64,000 nucleotides of DNA from Eledone cirrhosa (Eukaryota). Under the pieces are notes generated by a model that saw only the letters and a list, made by a program, of their open reading frames with translations, was not told the origin of the DNA and searched no databases. Each line of letters opens with the position of its first letter. The first letter of the stretch is position 1. The stretch lies in NCBI GenBank assembly GCA_964016885.1, contig OZ024741.1, positions 132,494,001 to 132,558,000 of the forward strand. The letters run 5' to 3'. The position numbers and the translations under genes were made by a program. Positions 39,245-53,200 of the stretch are shown here, in pieces.

Positions 39245-42200
39245 ATAGGAATTTCCCATCATCATCGTTGTCCGATAGCATCACGAGTCAATAAATCTGG
39301 AGATATCCGACTAAATACATAATTCATTTTACAAGGATTTGCTACAAACAGCATGGCTGAACACAACATCAACAAAAAATTAAGGAAGTACCGAAGACAA
39401 ATAACAAGGAAGGTAATCAAACTTTATTCAGTTGTAGCTACAGAAGAAACCGAAATTATAAATCGCATTTCTCTTGGAGTTGCGAACTTAATAATGATTT
39501 ATTTAATTGTTATAAAATGGCAAAAAACAATCCCCTCATAAATGAAGCTACACTGAGACGAAATGCACCCAGAGCTAAATTATTTCACAGCGAAACAATT
39601 ACGCCAACAAGCGACGTTTGTTCAACGTAAAAATAAGATAAATATTATTAATTGTAAGTCCGCCACAACAAACATGGGAACAACACGTGCTACAGGTCGC
39701 CATGCTACTAGGCTTCCTAGCAGCCAGGTCGAACAGCGTCTTGAAACAACTATGCCTGTAAGAAACTTGACACCACGTGTACCATCTAAGTCTACATCGA
39801 ATGCTGGGGAAAACACTATCGATGATAATAATAATCGAAGAAATAATAATAATAATCGAAGAAATTTAACACCACGTGTACCATCCGAGTCTACCTCGAC
39901 TGTTGTGGAAAATACTATCGATAATGATAATCAAAAGTATAAACAATTGAAAATTTCCCTCAACGAAATCTTCCAGAGAGAAATTAACTCATGTATAGAT
40001 ATCTCTCTTGCTGAACGTATTAAAACGACAATGTTTAATAAAAATAAAAATAAAAATGAAATATTACGTGTTATTGACGAAATAAGGGATGAATATTTAC
40101 GACGGATAGAAACCCCAACATTTTGGCAAATCAACGCCTGTTTATATGTCCTAGCAACGACAGTGAAGCATTATCTTGGTGATAGCAGAGATATTAACAA
40201 GAACAAAACACCACCAACAATACCATCATATATAACTAAAATAGAAAAAAAGTTTGCTGACCTACGAAAAAAACATAGGATACGTGACAATGCTCCTTAC
40301 ATGCAAACAAACACAAAAAAACTCCACTCCTCACCAACAAAGAGTGAAAAATAAAATAGAAACGATGTTTGGTAACAGTAGAACCAGAACTTTCCAATAT
40401 AAGCTGATCACCCTCAAACAAGAATTGAGAGCTGTTTGCGAAAAACGCCGATACCTGAAGAAGGTAGATGAGAGAAAAGTGCTTAATAAAAGATTCAGAC
40501 GAAACCAAACATCAGTCTATAGAGATATGAAGAGAAAAATAATAAGTATCACTGAGGCCCCATCCCAGAAAGACAGAATCCTTTTGGAGCAAAATATGGG
40601 GTGAAAATAAGAATTTCAACCAAGGTGCAGTGTGGCTAAGAGAAATCCGAAAGAACTATTGCTCCTACACTACAACAAAAACATACGAAATAAGTGAGGG
40701 TACCCTTGAGACTGTGATAGGAAAACTCCAAGATAAGAAAACACCAGGAAGAGACATGATTGTCGGCTACTGGTACAAAAAAATGATATTCTATCGGAGG
40801 TATCTTACTGACCTCTACCAACAAGTTCTTAAGGGAGATACACTTATACCAGAATGGTTGACATTAGCACAAGCATTACTGGTCCCCAAGAACAAAGACA
40901 CTCACTTGGCAAAAAACTACCGACCCATTGCATGCCAGAACCTGATGTATAAGATGTATACAGCCTGCCTGAAACTATTCCTCCAAAATCACTGTGAAAA
41001 TAATAACATCATCACAGATGAACAAGCAGCTGGAAAGAAAAGGGTTTGGGGATGTGCTGAACAACTCCTAATCAACAAAACTGCGATGTCGGAGGTGCGA
41101 CAACTTAGGAGGAATATGACTACGGTCTGGCTGGACTACAGGAAAGCTTTCGATTCTGTTCTCCACTCTTGGATGATAGAGGCCATCCAACTTGCTAAAG
41201 TCCCAGACATTATTGTCAGAGCCATAGAGAGGCTGTCTTCTTCTTGGGCTACTATCCTAAGGTTAAAGACAGAGAGGGAGGACTCTATTTTCCCTGATGA
41301 AATAAAATATTGCAGGGGTATATTTCAGGAGGACAGTCTCTCTGTGATATTATTCATCTTGTCATTAAACTCCTCGTCCTTTCTGCTCAAGAAATGTGAG
41401 GGATACATCATTGGCTCACAGGAGGACAGAAATACGAACCTAACCCATAATTTCTTTGTGGACGATCTGAAACTCTATGCCAAGAAAATGGATGGGATGA
41501 AGAAAAATCTTGACCTAGTTACAACGTTCTCAAACGATATAGGAGTGGAGTTTGGCCAAGATAAATGCTCATACATAACTGTAAAGCGGGGAAAAACAAC
41601 AACCCAATCTAGCAACATTGTCATCAATGGCCTAACTGTTTCACCGATATCTGACGAGGACTGCTACAGATACCTGGGGATAGATGAGAACATATCCTAT
41701 AATGGTATCTGTAATAAAGAACGCGTAACCAGGGAATACTACACCCGATTAAGAAAGATCTGGTCATCGGATCTCTCTGCGCAAAACAAAACAGTGGCTC
41801 ACAATGTGTTTGCTGTGCCTGTCCTAACACCAACGTTTGGAATACTCAATTGGACGATAGACGAAATCCGAGCAGTTGATGTTGGAACTCGAAAAATACT
41901 GAACAACACCGGAAACTTCCACATCAACAGTGACATAGACCGCCTTTACTTGAAACGTAAGCAGGGAGGCAGAGGCCTAAGATCAGTCCAGACAACATTT
42001 GAATGTCGCATCATATCTCTCCGAAAACATCTACGAACCTCGAAGCGTAGGAGCCCGTTTGTCGAGCAAGTCTATCTGCATGAAACAGATAAGATCATGA
42101 GAGTTGGGAAGGAACTCCTCGAGAGATATTCCCTGTGTGATAATCAAAACCTCACACCCAGGGTTGTCGCTCAGCAGTATCGCAGTGAATCCATGGATGA

Positions 42201-43252
42201 AAAACTTCATGCTTATCAGCAAAATAATTATGCATGGATATGTTTCCAGTAAGCTCCAGAGAGAGAGTAATATAGATAAGGAAAGTAGTCTATCTTGGAC
42301 CAACAACCGCTATATTGGCTCCCACTTTGAAGGATACGATTTTGCAATCCAGGAACAGGAGATTAACACGAAATACCTTATTCACAAAAGAGATAGGGAT
42401 GCAAGCAAAACACCTAGATGTGATAACAAGTGCAGACTCTGCAGATCTAACATCGAGGATATCACCCATGTCATCAGCAGCTGTCCAAAGATGTCATCGC
42501 GGTACTATCTACCTATGAGGCATGATGTAGTGGCTAAAACACTGTACAATGCAGTTCGTAAAAAAGATAGCCGCGATAATAAACACATTAAAAGCTACAG
42601 CAATGTGGAAGACATCCATGTACATAATATGAAAGAGTACTGGTCGAATGTTCCAGTAAAAACCCCAATAAAATGCAGGCATAACAGACCAGATATTATG
42701 ATATGGGACAGGGAGAAGAAAGCATACACAGTAGTGGAAATTAGCTGCCCAGCAGATGCCAATATAATATCAAAGATTAGTGAAAAGGAGAATATTTATG
42801 CAGAACTGATGAGAAATCTGCAGATACTCCACCCTGATTACACCTTCATATTTATGCCTGTGATTATTGGGGCACTGGGATATGTTAGTAACTGCCTCAA
42901 TGCAAATCTTGAGAAGCTAGGCTTCACAGGAACAGAAAGAACACAACTAGTTAGGAAATTACAAGTACAATCCATTAATGGAACAGTAAAAATATGTAAA
43001 ACATACCAAAAATTTTGCATCTAATAACTGCATATACACATGTACACATGCAAAGCATATACACATGCACACATACAACTCAAAACATACACATCCACAC
43101 ATACAATAACATCCATATAAACACATGCATGCATACATACATATCTACCTAGTTGATGTTGTGTAAATTCCAATGAGAGAGTCTTGTGTCTATGTTAGAA
43201 ACCGACTCTCTCTCTATTGGTAAAACTTTGTGAAATTATAAAACCAGAATAA
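39245..43252 (+). mobile_element. R4/Dong-like non-LTR retrotransposon (RT + restriction-like endonuclease), near full-length, frameshifted
   Basis: KTPGRD, NYRPIAC, WLDYRKAFDSV, GIFQEDSLS, FFVDDLKLY, YRYLG, RLYLKRKQGGRGL; CRLC..E..HVISSC, RHD, RPDI, VEISCP, KENIY; 3' end runs into (CATA)n. Confidence 0.9.
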
Positions 43253-43313
43253 CATACATACATACATACATACATACATACATACATACATACATACATA
43301 CATACATACATAC

Positions 43314-43923
43314 ATGGTGGCTGCCAACTCGTTTTCGAGTACGGCCACTACTTTATATTCATGTAGGAGAACCCCTACCGATGCGCTGAACGAGTGTGAC
43401 TTTTTAGTCCAGCCAGCGACTTGAAAACTCTGGTACAAACACTACACTTGTGACAATTATTGACACATAGTGCTTTGCCTTTGGTACCATGTGACGACAA
43501 GTGCAGAGAGATCTCCAGATATAAAGCAATGCCTGTGCCGTGAAGCTTTTATAGTGAGCAAAGGCACTGCACAAAGCCAGTCCCACTCTCTTAACCAAGA
43601 TGATATTTACCAAAAAGAAGAACAAGTCAACATCATTGGATACCATCAGGGTTGCAGGTATTATATCAGAGTTTTCCTTCTCCTAGAATTCTGCCTTGAC
43701 AAAGGCTAAGGGGTCATCTCTCCCGGTGATTTTGGATGGCCATTGACTCTTAATAGCTCCTTTGCCCTTTGACAGGTTTTGTTTTTAGTCCTGCAGGATG
43801 TCCAAAGTCACCCTCCTCACCAAGAAACCTTGGTGGGGTTGCTAGTTTAGTCGCCAACGACCCGACCATGAAACAGGTTGTACTGGGATACATGTTACCA
43901 GTAGCACCAACTGGTGACTTGAC
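43314..43923 (-). mobile_element. Full-length ~610 bp non-autonomous RTE-derived element
   Basis: RTE-like 5'-UTR motif AGGAGAAGGAAAACTCTGA plus RTE-like 3' zinc-finger remnant and terminal hairpin; flanked by CATA-type repeats. Confidence 0.85.
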
Positions 43924-44000
43924 ATATATACACATATATACACATACATATATACATACATACATACACATATACATATATATATATATATACACATACA

Positions 44001-44032
<32 letters not shown>

Positions 44033-44167
44033 CATATACATACATACATACATATACACATACATACACACATATACATATATACACATACATACATACA
44101 TATATATACATACACATACATATATACATATATATATATACACATACATACACATATACATATATAC

Positions 44168-44197
<30 letters not shown>

Positions 44198-44199
<2 letters not shown>

Positions 44200-44803
44200 G
44201 GTGGCTGCCAACTCGTTTTCGAGTACGGCCACTACTTTATATTCATGTAGGAGAACCCCTACCGATGCGCTGAACGAGTGTGACTTTTTAGTCCAGCCAG
44301 CGACTTGAAAACTCTGGTACAAACACTACACTTGTGACAATTATTGACACATAGTGCTTTGCCTTTGGTACCATGTGACGACAAGTGCAGAGAGATCTCC
44401 AGATATAAAGCAATGCCTGTGCCGTGAAGCTTTTATAGTGAGCAAAGGCACTGCACAAAGCCAGTCCCACTCTCTTAACCAAGATGATATTTATCAAAAA
44501 GAAGAACAAGTCAACATCATTGGATACCATCAGGGTTGCAGGTGTTATATCAGAGTTTTCTTTCTCCTAGAATTCTGCCTTGACAAAGGCTAAGGGGTCA
44601 TCTCTCCCAGTGATTTTGGATGGCCATTGACTCTTAAGAGCTCCTTTGCCCTTTGACAGGTTTTGTTTTTAGTCCTGCAGGATGTCCAAAGTCACCCTCC
44701 TCACCAAGAAACCTTGGTGGGGTTGCCAGTTTAGTCGCCAACGACCCGACCATGAAACAGGTTGTACTGGGATACATGTTACCAGTAGCACCAAGTGGTG
44801 ACC
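44198..44803 (-). mobile_element. Full-length ~606 bp non-autonomous RTE-derived element
   Basis: Nearly identical to 43314-43923; (CATA)n on both sides. Confidence 0.85.
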
Positions 44804-44831
44804 ATACATACATACATACATACATACATAC

Positions 44832-46028
44832 ATGAACTGGTCATTGCAAGAACTAAGTGAGATCGATGTTAGAATTCGCAAACTTTTCAGTGTTACTGGA
44901 AACTTTAACATCAATGGTGATGTGGATAGGCTATACTTCTCACGCAAGGAACGTGGCCGGTGTCTAAAATCCATATTAACATCATATGAGACCCGGATAG
45001 TAACACTGAAGCAACACCTTCAACAGAGGAAAAAGGTTGGCAACCATCTTGCCCTGGTTTATGAGCATGAAAAAGAAAATATCATTAGAATAGCGACTGA
45101 TCTGGAGGAGAGATATGGAATAAAGCCTGATATAAATCTCTCACCCAGAGAAATCGGAAGATCCTATTCAATGTTCAAACAAGATGAAAAAATTGACCAA
45201 TTTACAGAAAAAGTTGTGCATGGATACTTGAGACGTAAAACACAGACCATAGAGGGGATAAACCACTCAAAAAGCCTGGCGTGGAGTTCCGACAAGTTTA
45301 TGACATCACACCTTGAGGGATACCTCTATGCAATACAGGAACAAGAACTCCCTACCAAATATCTGCTGCACAAAAGAGGAGGGCCAGCAGCTGACAATAA
45401 ATGTAGGCTATGTAAAACAAAGATCGAGGATGTAAGCCACATTGTTGCCAGCTGCGAAAGAATGTCATCTCGCTACTACCTCCCCATGAGACACGATGGG
45501 ATAGCTAGAACCATCTGGAACGCACTTCGGAAAACAAAATTAACAACAAACGAGGAAGAATATATTGAGACAGATGGCACTAAGGAATACTGGTGGAACC
45601 TGAAAATAAAAACTGCCACCAAATTAAAGCACAACCGGCTTGATATTGTTGTTTGGGACCACACATTGAAAACGTGTTCTGTTGTGGAGATCAGTTGCCC
45701 ACTTGATGTAAACGTTGTCAGAAAAATACAGGAGAAGGAGGACATCTACGGACCATTGATGAGGAGTTTACAAATGCAGTATCCAAGATACACCTTTAGC
45801 TTTATACCCATCATTATTGGAGCTACGGGTTATATTGACTTGGATTTGCGGACAAAGAGCGCAGCTCCCTAATTCATAGTCTACAAATGGCTGCGATAGC
45901 TGGCACCTTCAAAATTTGCAAAACATTCTTGCGATTCAAGGGATGACAATTTCTTTTCTTTTACAACCTTGCCACCGGGAAGGTGGCCGGTCAAAAAAAT
46001 ATACTCGAAATTAAGAGAAAGAGATAAC
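44832..46028 (+). mobile_element. 5'-truncated second R4/Dong-like family (RLE domain)
   Basis: ORF 44832-45872: DVDRLY, AIQEQE, CRLC..EDVSHIVASC, RHD, RLDI, VEISCP, KEDIY; 5' break inside (CATA)n; 3' end GATAAC-ATAC. Confidence 0.88.
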
Positions 46029-46039
46029 ATACTTACATA

Positions 46040-46668
46040 CCTAATGATGGTAACTACCTCACAGTCGAGTATAGCCATCGCTTGAAGTTTTCAAACACGC
46101 TTCTGCATGTGTGTAGCAAGGATGTGACTTTTTTGGCTTGCAAATGCTACATTCTCTGGCACAAATATTACAGATATAGAATTTGGCAACAAGAATAGCT
46201 GGTTGGTTGTATTGTACTTTCATGTGCCACTTCAGGCCTCCTGCTGCTTTGCAGACTTTACCACATTGATGGCAGATTGATATACTATACGCACCAACGT
46301 TATCTGCATCAGCTCTTTTTACATAGACCCTTTTTTTACTCTTTAATCCAACTTTGTTGAGGCAGTATCTCCCACACTTGTATTTCAGTGTCTCCCACAC
46401 TTATTGTATTTCAGTGTCTCCCACACTTGTATTTCAGCTCTCCTTGGTCTCCCACGCTTCCTGGCAATTTCAAGCCTTTCTTCACATCCCTTCTTAACCT
46501 ATCATAATATCTTCGGGTCGTTCAAAGTACACTTTCCCTTCATATAAAGCTTCCATCCACAGAGTTCGATCATAAGCAGCTTGTGCCCTGTCTCCATCGA
46601 AGATACCAGCTTTTATCAGAGATGTTTTCTCACAGTCCTTGAACCTCATCTTAGGTTTATGAGATGGG
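46040..46668 (-). mobile_element. RTE-clade LINE 3' remnant with C2H2-like fingers
   Basis: PKMRFKD..K..L...AYDRTLW; CHQCGKVCKAAGGLKWHMK; CNICAREC; internal ~23 bp triplication at 46368-46455. Confidence 0.7.
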
Positions 46669-46813
46669 CATACACACATACATACATACATACACACATA
46701 CATACATACATACATACATACATACATACATACACACATACATACATACATACACACATACATACATACATACATACATACATACATACATACATACATA
46801 CATACATACATAC

Positions 46814-47184
46814 ATGGTGGCTGCCAACTCGTTTTCGAGTACAGCCATTACTTTATATCCATGTAGGAGAACCCCTACCGATGCGCTGAACGAGTGTGAC
46901 TTTTTAGTCCAGCCAGCGACTTGAAAACTCTGGTACAAACACTACACTTGTGACAATTATTGACACATAGTGCTGGACCCATGCTACCATGTGACGACAA
47001 GTGCAGAGAGATCTCCAGATATAAAGCAATGCCTGTGCCGTGAAGCTTTTATAGTGAGCAAAGGCACTGCACAAAGCCAGTCCCACTCTCTTAACCAAGA
47101 TGATATTTACCAAATGGTCGGGTCGTTGGCGACTAAACTGGCAACCCCACCAAGGTTTTTTGGTGAGGAGGGTGGCTTTGGACA
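46814..47184 (-). mobile_element. Internally deleted copy of the non-autonomous RTE-derived element
   Basis: TTTACCAAA joins directly to TGGTCGGGTCG, removing the central part and leaving a rearranged 5' segment; within (CATA)n. Confidence 0.8.
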
Positions 47185-47689
47185 TGCATACATACTTACA
47201 TACATACATACATACATACATAGACACATAGACACATACATGCATACATACATACATACATACATACATACATACATACATACATACATACATACATACA
47301 TACATACATACATACTTACTTATATGCATACAAGAATAAATTCATAAATAGGTATATCTATGCATATATACATGATATGCATACATACATATTAACATAC
47401 ATACACATATATATATATATGCATAGATATATATACATACATGCAAACATACATACATACATGCATACATACATACATACACAAACATATAGATACACAC
47501 ATACATACATGTATTATATGGTATATAAACATCTTTTCTTCCCTTCTCTGGGTTTTTTCTTATTCGGTTTTTGTTCTTGTTTAATTTTTGTTTGCTTTTT
47601 TTGTTTTTGTTTTTTTTTTTTGTTTTATTTCTTAATATTCACTTTCCTTTCTTGGTTCTATTTACTTTCGATCTGATTTTTGTCCTTTG

Positions 47690-47805
47690 TTTTGATTTTT
47701 TTTGTTTTTGTTTTTGTTTTTGTTTTTGTTTTTGTTTTTGTTTTTGTTTTTGTTTTTGTTTTTGTTTTTGTTTTTGTTTTTGTTTTTGTTTCTTTGGTTT
47801 TTGTT
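47690..47805. repeat. (TTTTTG)n microsatellite
   Basis: Direct reading. Confidence 0.95.
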
Positions 47806-48199
47806 TTTTCTTTTGGGGAGAGTATTTTCTACTTTTTCTTAGTATCGTAATGGTATCGAGCTAGTTATAAGCCATCGTTAGCTGGTCTATAGTGAGTCAA
47901 AGCGACAGCTGGTCTTAAGTAAAAGCTTTCAATCATGTCGTAGTATTTTAGTCGACTTGGAGAAATATCAAAAACAATCATCTTCCGTCCGTCAGACGAT
48001 CGGTCGGTTGCCTGTCTTGGTGGTTAGTTGGTTAGTTGGTTCATATGTTGATCACTTGCTTTCTCTTTCTCTCTCTCTCTCTCTCTTTCTCTTTCTCCTT
48101 CTCTCTCTCTGTCGATCTATCTATCTCTAACTCTCTTTATACACACACACACATACATACACACATACATATACACACACACGCACACACATATATATA

Positions 48200-48263
<64 letters not shown>

Positions 48264-48319
48264 GTATATATATATATATATTTATATATATACACACACG
48301 TATATATATATATATACAC

Positions 48320-48446
<127 letters not shown>

Positions 48447-48466
48447 GTATATATATCTATATACAC

Positions 48467-48529
<63 letters not shown>

Positions 48530-48965
48530 TAACATTTTTCACGCTCTCTCTTTCTTCCTGTTCAAACCACCATTCTTATTGACTTTATTGTGTCAACTTA
48601 TCCTTACATATTTTCCCGTTTGCCCATCTATAAGTATTTATGCTTCCATATAACTCCCTCAATATCCAATCGATATATTTCTTGATAGATACACAGTTCA
48701 ATCTAGCTACCTATCTATCCATCTATCTATCTTTCTGTCTGTCTATCTCTCTATATGTCTCTATATGTCTCTATATCTACCTATCTACCTATCTATCTGT
48801 CAATCTCTCTAAATGTCTCTATATCTATCTACCTACCTATCTATATATATATCTACCTACCTATCTATCTATCTATATATCTACCTACCTATCTATCTAT
48901 CTACCTACCTATCTATCTATCTACCTACCTATCTATCTATCTACCTACCTATCTATCTATCTATA

Positions 48966-49020
<55 letters not shown>

Positions 49021-49532
49021 TAAACCGCCACCCTCCTTCAAAAACGAAGGAGAGGCGGTTTTCCTTTGTGTGATGGCTATGGCGAAAGAGGTTGTATGGT
49101 GGACAAGGTTGAAAGGGCTGAGGTCAGACACCTTTCTCTCCGGCCAACAACTGATTCTTTTTTTCAAATACCACTTTGGAAGAAGAATCAGGATGGAGAG
49201 AGAGGTGCTGTACCCCAGCAAGTTTTATGAAAGGTGGGTGAAAGTGGCGAGAATGGCCCGAGTGAATGGGCCTTCTCTCTATATCGACCTGTAGGTTGAG
49301 GAAAAGGAGGAGGAGAGGAAAGGAGTACAAACTCTTCGTACTCCTGGAGATGAGGGTTGCACATTTTTTTCGGGGGTATGTGTTACCCATATAAACTGTC
49401 TCCCCCTATTGGGGAAAATCGACTAACTTTTTAAATTGCATTTGTGATAACATTTTACACGTTTTTATTGTATGTAAACTTCCCCCTTTGTATTTGTCCC
49501 CTTCTTTTGTGCCCCTGTGGCTAATAAAGAAA
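49021..49532 (+). mobile_element. Tx1/L1-clade LINE 3' fragment
   Basis: Nearly identical to the reverse complement of 23463-23973; (TATC)n on both sides. Confidence 0.92.
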
Positions 49533-49534
49533 CA

Positions 49535-49568
<34 letters not shown>

Positions 49569-49569
<1 letters not shown>

Positions 49570-49883
49570 ACCCCAGCAAATTTGATAAAAGGTGGGTGAA
49601 TGTAGCAAAGATGGCCCGAGTGGTTGGGCCTTCTCTCTATATAAGCCTGTAGGTTGAGGAAAAAGAGGAAGAGAGGAAGGGAGTACTCACTCCTGGTGCT
49701 CCTGGAGATGAGGGTTGTACATTTTTTCGGGGTGTGTACAACCCCTGTGTAACGCCTCCCCCTATTGGGGATATCAATTGTTATTTGTTATTTTGTTAAT
49801 AGTTTTATTTTCATATACCTATATATAAACTCCCCCATTTGTATTTGTCCCCTTCTTTTGTGCCCTTGTGGCTAATAAAGAAA
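49569..49883 (+). mobile_element. Tx1/L1-clade LINE 3' fragment
   Basis: Translates YPSKFDKRWVNVAKMARV.GPSL, then the family 3' UTR; (TATC)n flanks. Confidence 0.88.
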
Positions 49884-50098
49884 TTTATCTACCTATCTTT
49901 CTGTCTATCTATCTCTATATGTCTCTATACCTATCTACCTATTTATCTACCTATCTACCTATCTACCTATCTGTCTATCTTTCTATATGCCTCTATATGT
50001 CTCTATATGTCTCTCTATCTCTCTATATGTCACTATATCTATCTATCTGTCTGTATGTATGTATGTCTCTATATGTCTCTACTCATCTATCCATCTAT

Positions 50099-50149
50099 CA
50101 CGTCTTGTAATGTTTCGTTTTTGTACGCCCTTGTGGCAAATAAAGAAAT
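50099..50149 (+). mobile_element. ~50 bp Tx1 3' terminus remnant
   Basis: CCCTTGTGGCAAATAAAGAAA terminus within degenerate (TATC)n. Confidence 0.65.
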
Positions 50150-50204
50150 ATATCCATCTATCTATCTAAATGTCTCTATATGTCTCTATATCTACCTATC
50201 TATG

Positions 50205-53200
50205 TCGCATAGTATAGACGCTTGCAACATCGGCTCCTGCCTTTTTGAATTTTTTACCTATTAACAGTAAGTGTTTTTTTTTTTTATTGTGTTGTCTTCG
50301 TGTCTTTTAACCTCCCGGCTAGGTCTGTAGAGGGTGGTCATCGTATTTTTACCCCTTTTGGGGGTAAAAACTACTCCCAAAAAGTTTTTTGTTGACTCGC
50401 ATGTCAAAAATGGACGCCATATCTGTATCACATTTGAACGAAAATGCCACGCCCACTAAGGAAGAGGAGAGAAAGAAGCAAGCGGTACAAAGCGCTTTGC
50501 TCCCCCCCCCCCTCAACTTTTTTAAAGACAATGAAAACGGCGATATGCCCAACAAACATGTAAATACGGGTGCAAACCCAATTAGTTACAACAAAATTAA
50601 CAACGAAAACACTAACAATGACAACACCAACACACCAAATGAGGAAAACAACAGCAACAAAAATGAAAATTACTCCAACTCCAACACTGAAAAAATTGAA
50701 AACTACAACGAGAAACAGAACAACTCAAACACCAACAACCATAAAACAGTATCCTTTGCACAGACTGCTAAAAAATCATACACTTATGTGCTTGAAGATA
50801 TATCAAACGCAAGAGAAATGCTGGAAAAAGCCAAAAAATACTTTTTCCATCAATTCGCCCCCAGAACTTAAAAAACAGACTGAATTAAGAACTGTTGTAT
50901 TCCGTACAATTGCAAACAAAACCAAAAAAAAACATCACAACCATCTCAATCTGAGATTCAGTTGGTCCTAAAAGAGGCCATGAAGGACATAGTATTTATA
51001 CAAAGGATAAACTCTATTGGAGGCGAAAAAATACTCTGTGTCGCCAATTCATTCCACGAACTACACCTTTTTCCCAACCTACATGGGTAAAAAAAACACA
51101 AAGAATTTGGATCAACACAATCATCCCGAACATTGAATACTGGTGGTTACTAACCGGTTTCCTCAACTTAGACGAGGACAATTTAATCTCAGTAGGGAAG
51201 GCATCCGGCGACGCGTTCAGTGGAACGGGCATCGAAATTTTGACCCAAATAAGGCCGGAACGTATCGCCTAAATTCCTGAACGCGTCATGCTGGATGACC
51301 GTAACTACCTCAACATCATTGTGGAGGGTAAGCGACCCTCTTGTTACCTCTGTGGTGACAGAGGTCACCTGAGGGCTGCCTGTCCTCAGCTAACACCTAA
51401 AAAACTTTTGCTACAAACACCACAACAACAACAAAAACAACAAACACCACCACCACAAAAACAACTAAATACACCACCACCACCACCACAACGACAACAC
51501 CACCACCACCGCCACAACAACAACAAAACGTGAAAAAAACAACACAGAACACTTTCCCACCCAGCCCCTCTCCACCCAAAACAAATACAAAAACACACAC
51601 ACTGCAAACACTATCGGAAAATATACCCCTCCCACCCAATACGGAAGACGATCCCCTTTCGTCGCAAGATGAAGGAGATCCTTTCCAAGTAGTAAAAAGA
51701 AAGAAGAGGAGGCGCATCACAGAAATAAACCCTCCCCAAGAGAAAACAAACTATATACAAAACACCCCTCTCCATTACACAACATTAACTGCAACGCAAA
51801 AAAAGACTTTACAATATACATACATGAACACAAACAGTAAAGAATTAATGAAAACAATTTTTGAAAACCCTTCGGTCCAAACTGAAGGGCCTAATTTTGT
51901 GACTGCTGTGGGACTACCACATTTTAAAATGGTTAAAGTCCCAATGAACTTATTTAAAACATTAAAAATCAATTTCACGGAGGACGTTCCCCCCCCCCTG
52001 CACAAAGCCAATTAAGCCCGTCCTCCTAAAAAATTTCCCCACCCCCTACTCAGACACCCACCCAACTACAAACACCCCAACCCCAAAACACACTGATGCA
52101 CCTACACTTCCACAAACCACCACCCTACCCAACAACCCCTGCCCCACCCCCATGGAAATTGTGCGGCCCGGTCCCCGGGACGCAGAGAGGTAAGTGCCTT
52201 TTCTCTTTACCACCAACATGGCTGTGTTGAGAATAGGTTGTCTAAATGCGCGTGATCTGGGCTCACCTTGGAAGCAAGCAATGCTTCTAAATGACCTCAG
52301 GTCACAATGTGTAGATGTGATAGTTATTTGCGAGGCCCGGATCAGCAGCGTACGACAGCTGGCCCCATCTCTCTGTCAGCCCAGAGGTGGGGGTGGGGTT
52401 GTCGTTCTGCTGCAAAAACATCTGGGTCTCGCTACACAGACGGTACACTTTGACCCGGAGGGTCGACTAGTGGTTCTGGACCTTGGCAGTGGTGAAGGCG
52501 GAGCTTTTAGGCTGGTCGCCGTCTACGGCCCTTTTGGGTCAACGCGGCCGGACTTCTTCCATCGTCTGGGGGACTGGAATGGTATCCTAGATGCACGTTG
52601 GGATTATGTAGGGGCATGTCCCGATAGAGGGGGTTGTAACAGCCTCAAGGGGTTAATCGGCCGATTCGACCTGGCCGATAGATATCGACTAGATTTTCCG
52701 ACTGTGCCAACCTGGACTTGGACAAAACACAGCGGTCAATCTAGATCGTACCTAGATAGGTTCTTAGTTAGACATTTTAAGTTGTCCAGAAATGCTCATC
52801 GTTGGCTATTCAGACCACAAGTTAGTGACCTGCATAGTCTACCTTGATAGAACGCATAGGCAGGGACCCGGTTACTGGAAGCTCAACTTGTCCTTACCGG
52901 CAAGTAAAGCTTACAGGGACCGGATTAGTACTTTAGTTAAGGAGCGGTTGACGGGCGCCATCGTCAACAGCAGGTAGTGGGGCTCTCTCAAAAGAGAGAT
53001 TAGAGTAGTTTCAATAAGGGTTAGTAAGGAGTTAGCTTCAGATAGAAATAGGAAGGAAAGGGAGTTGGTAGATAGTGTAGAAGAGGCAATTAGAAGCGGC
53101 GACGTAGTCAGAGTGCTAGCGTCGAGAACGGCATTGGGCCAGTTCTTCGACGCGAAACAGGAAGGCTGCGTTGTCCGAAGCAAAATACGTGCTCTGGGAA

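Noticed and set aside
44720-44803. Possible HDV-like ribozyme at the 5' end of the RTE-derived element
   Set aside because: P2-like (CCAGT/ACTGG), P4-like and CTAA elements are visible on the minus strand, but I could not build P1, P3 or L3 convincingly.
46368-46455. Short direct repeats that could suggest a CRISPR array
   Set aside because: Adjacent ~23 bp tandem duplication with no unique spacers, in eukaryotic DNA with no cas genes.
47887-47898. 12 nt match to the T7 promoter (reverse strand)
   Set aside because: Short, with no other vector sequence nearby; treated as a chance match.
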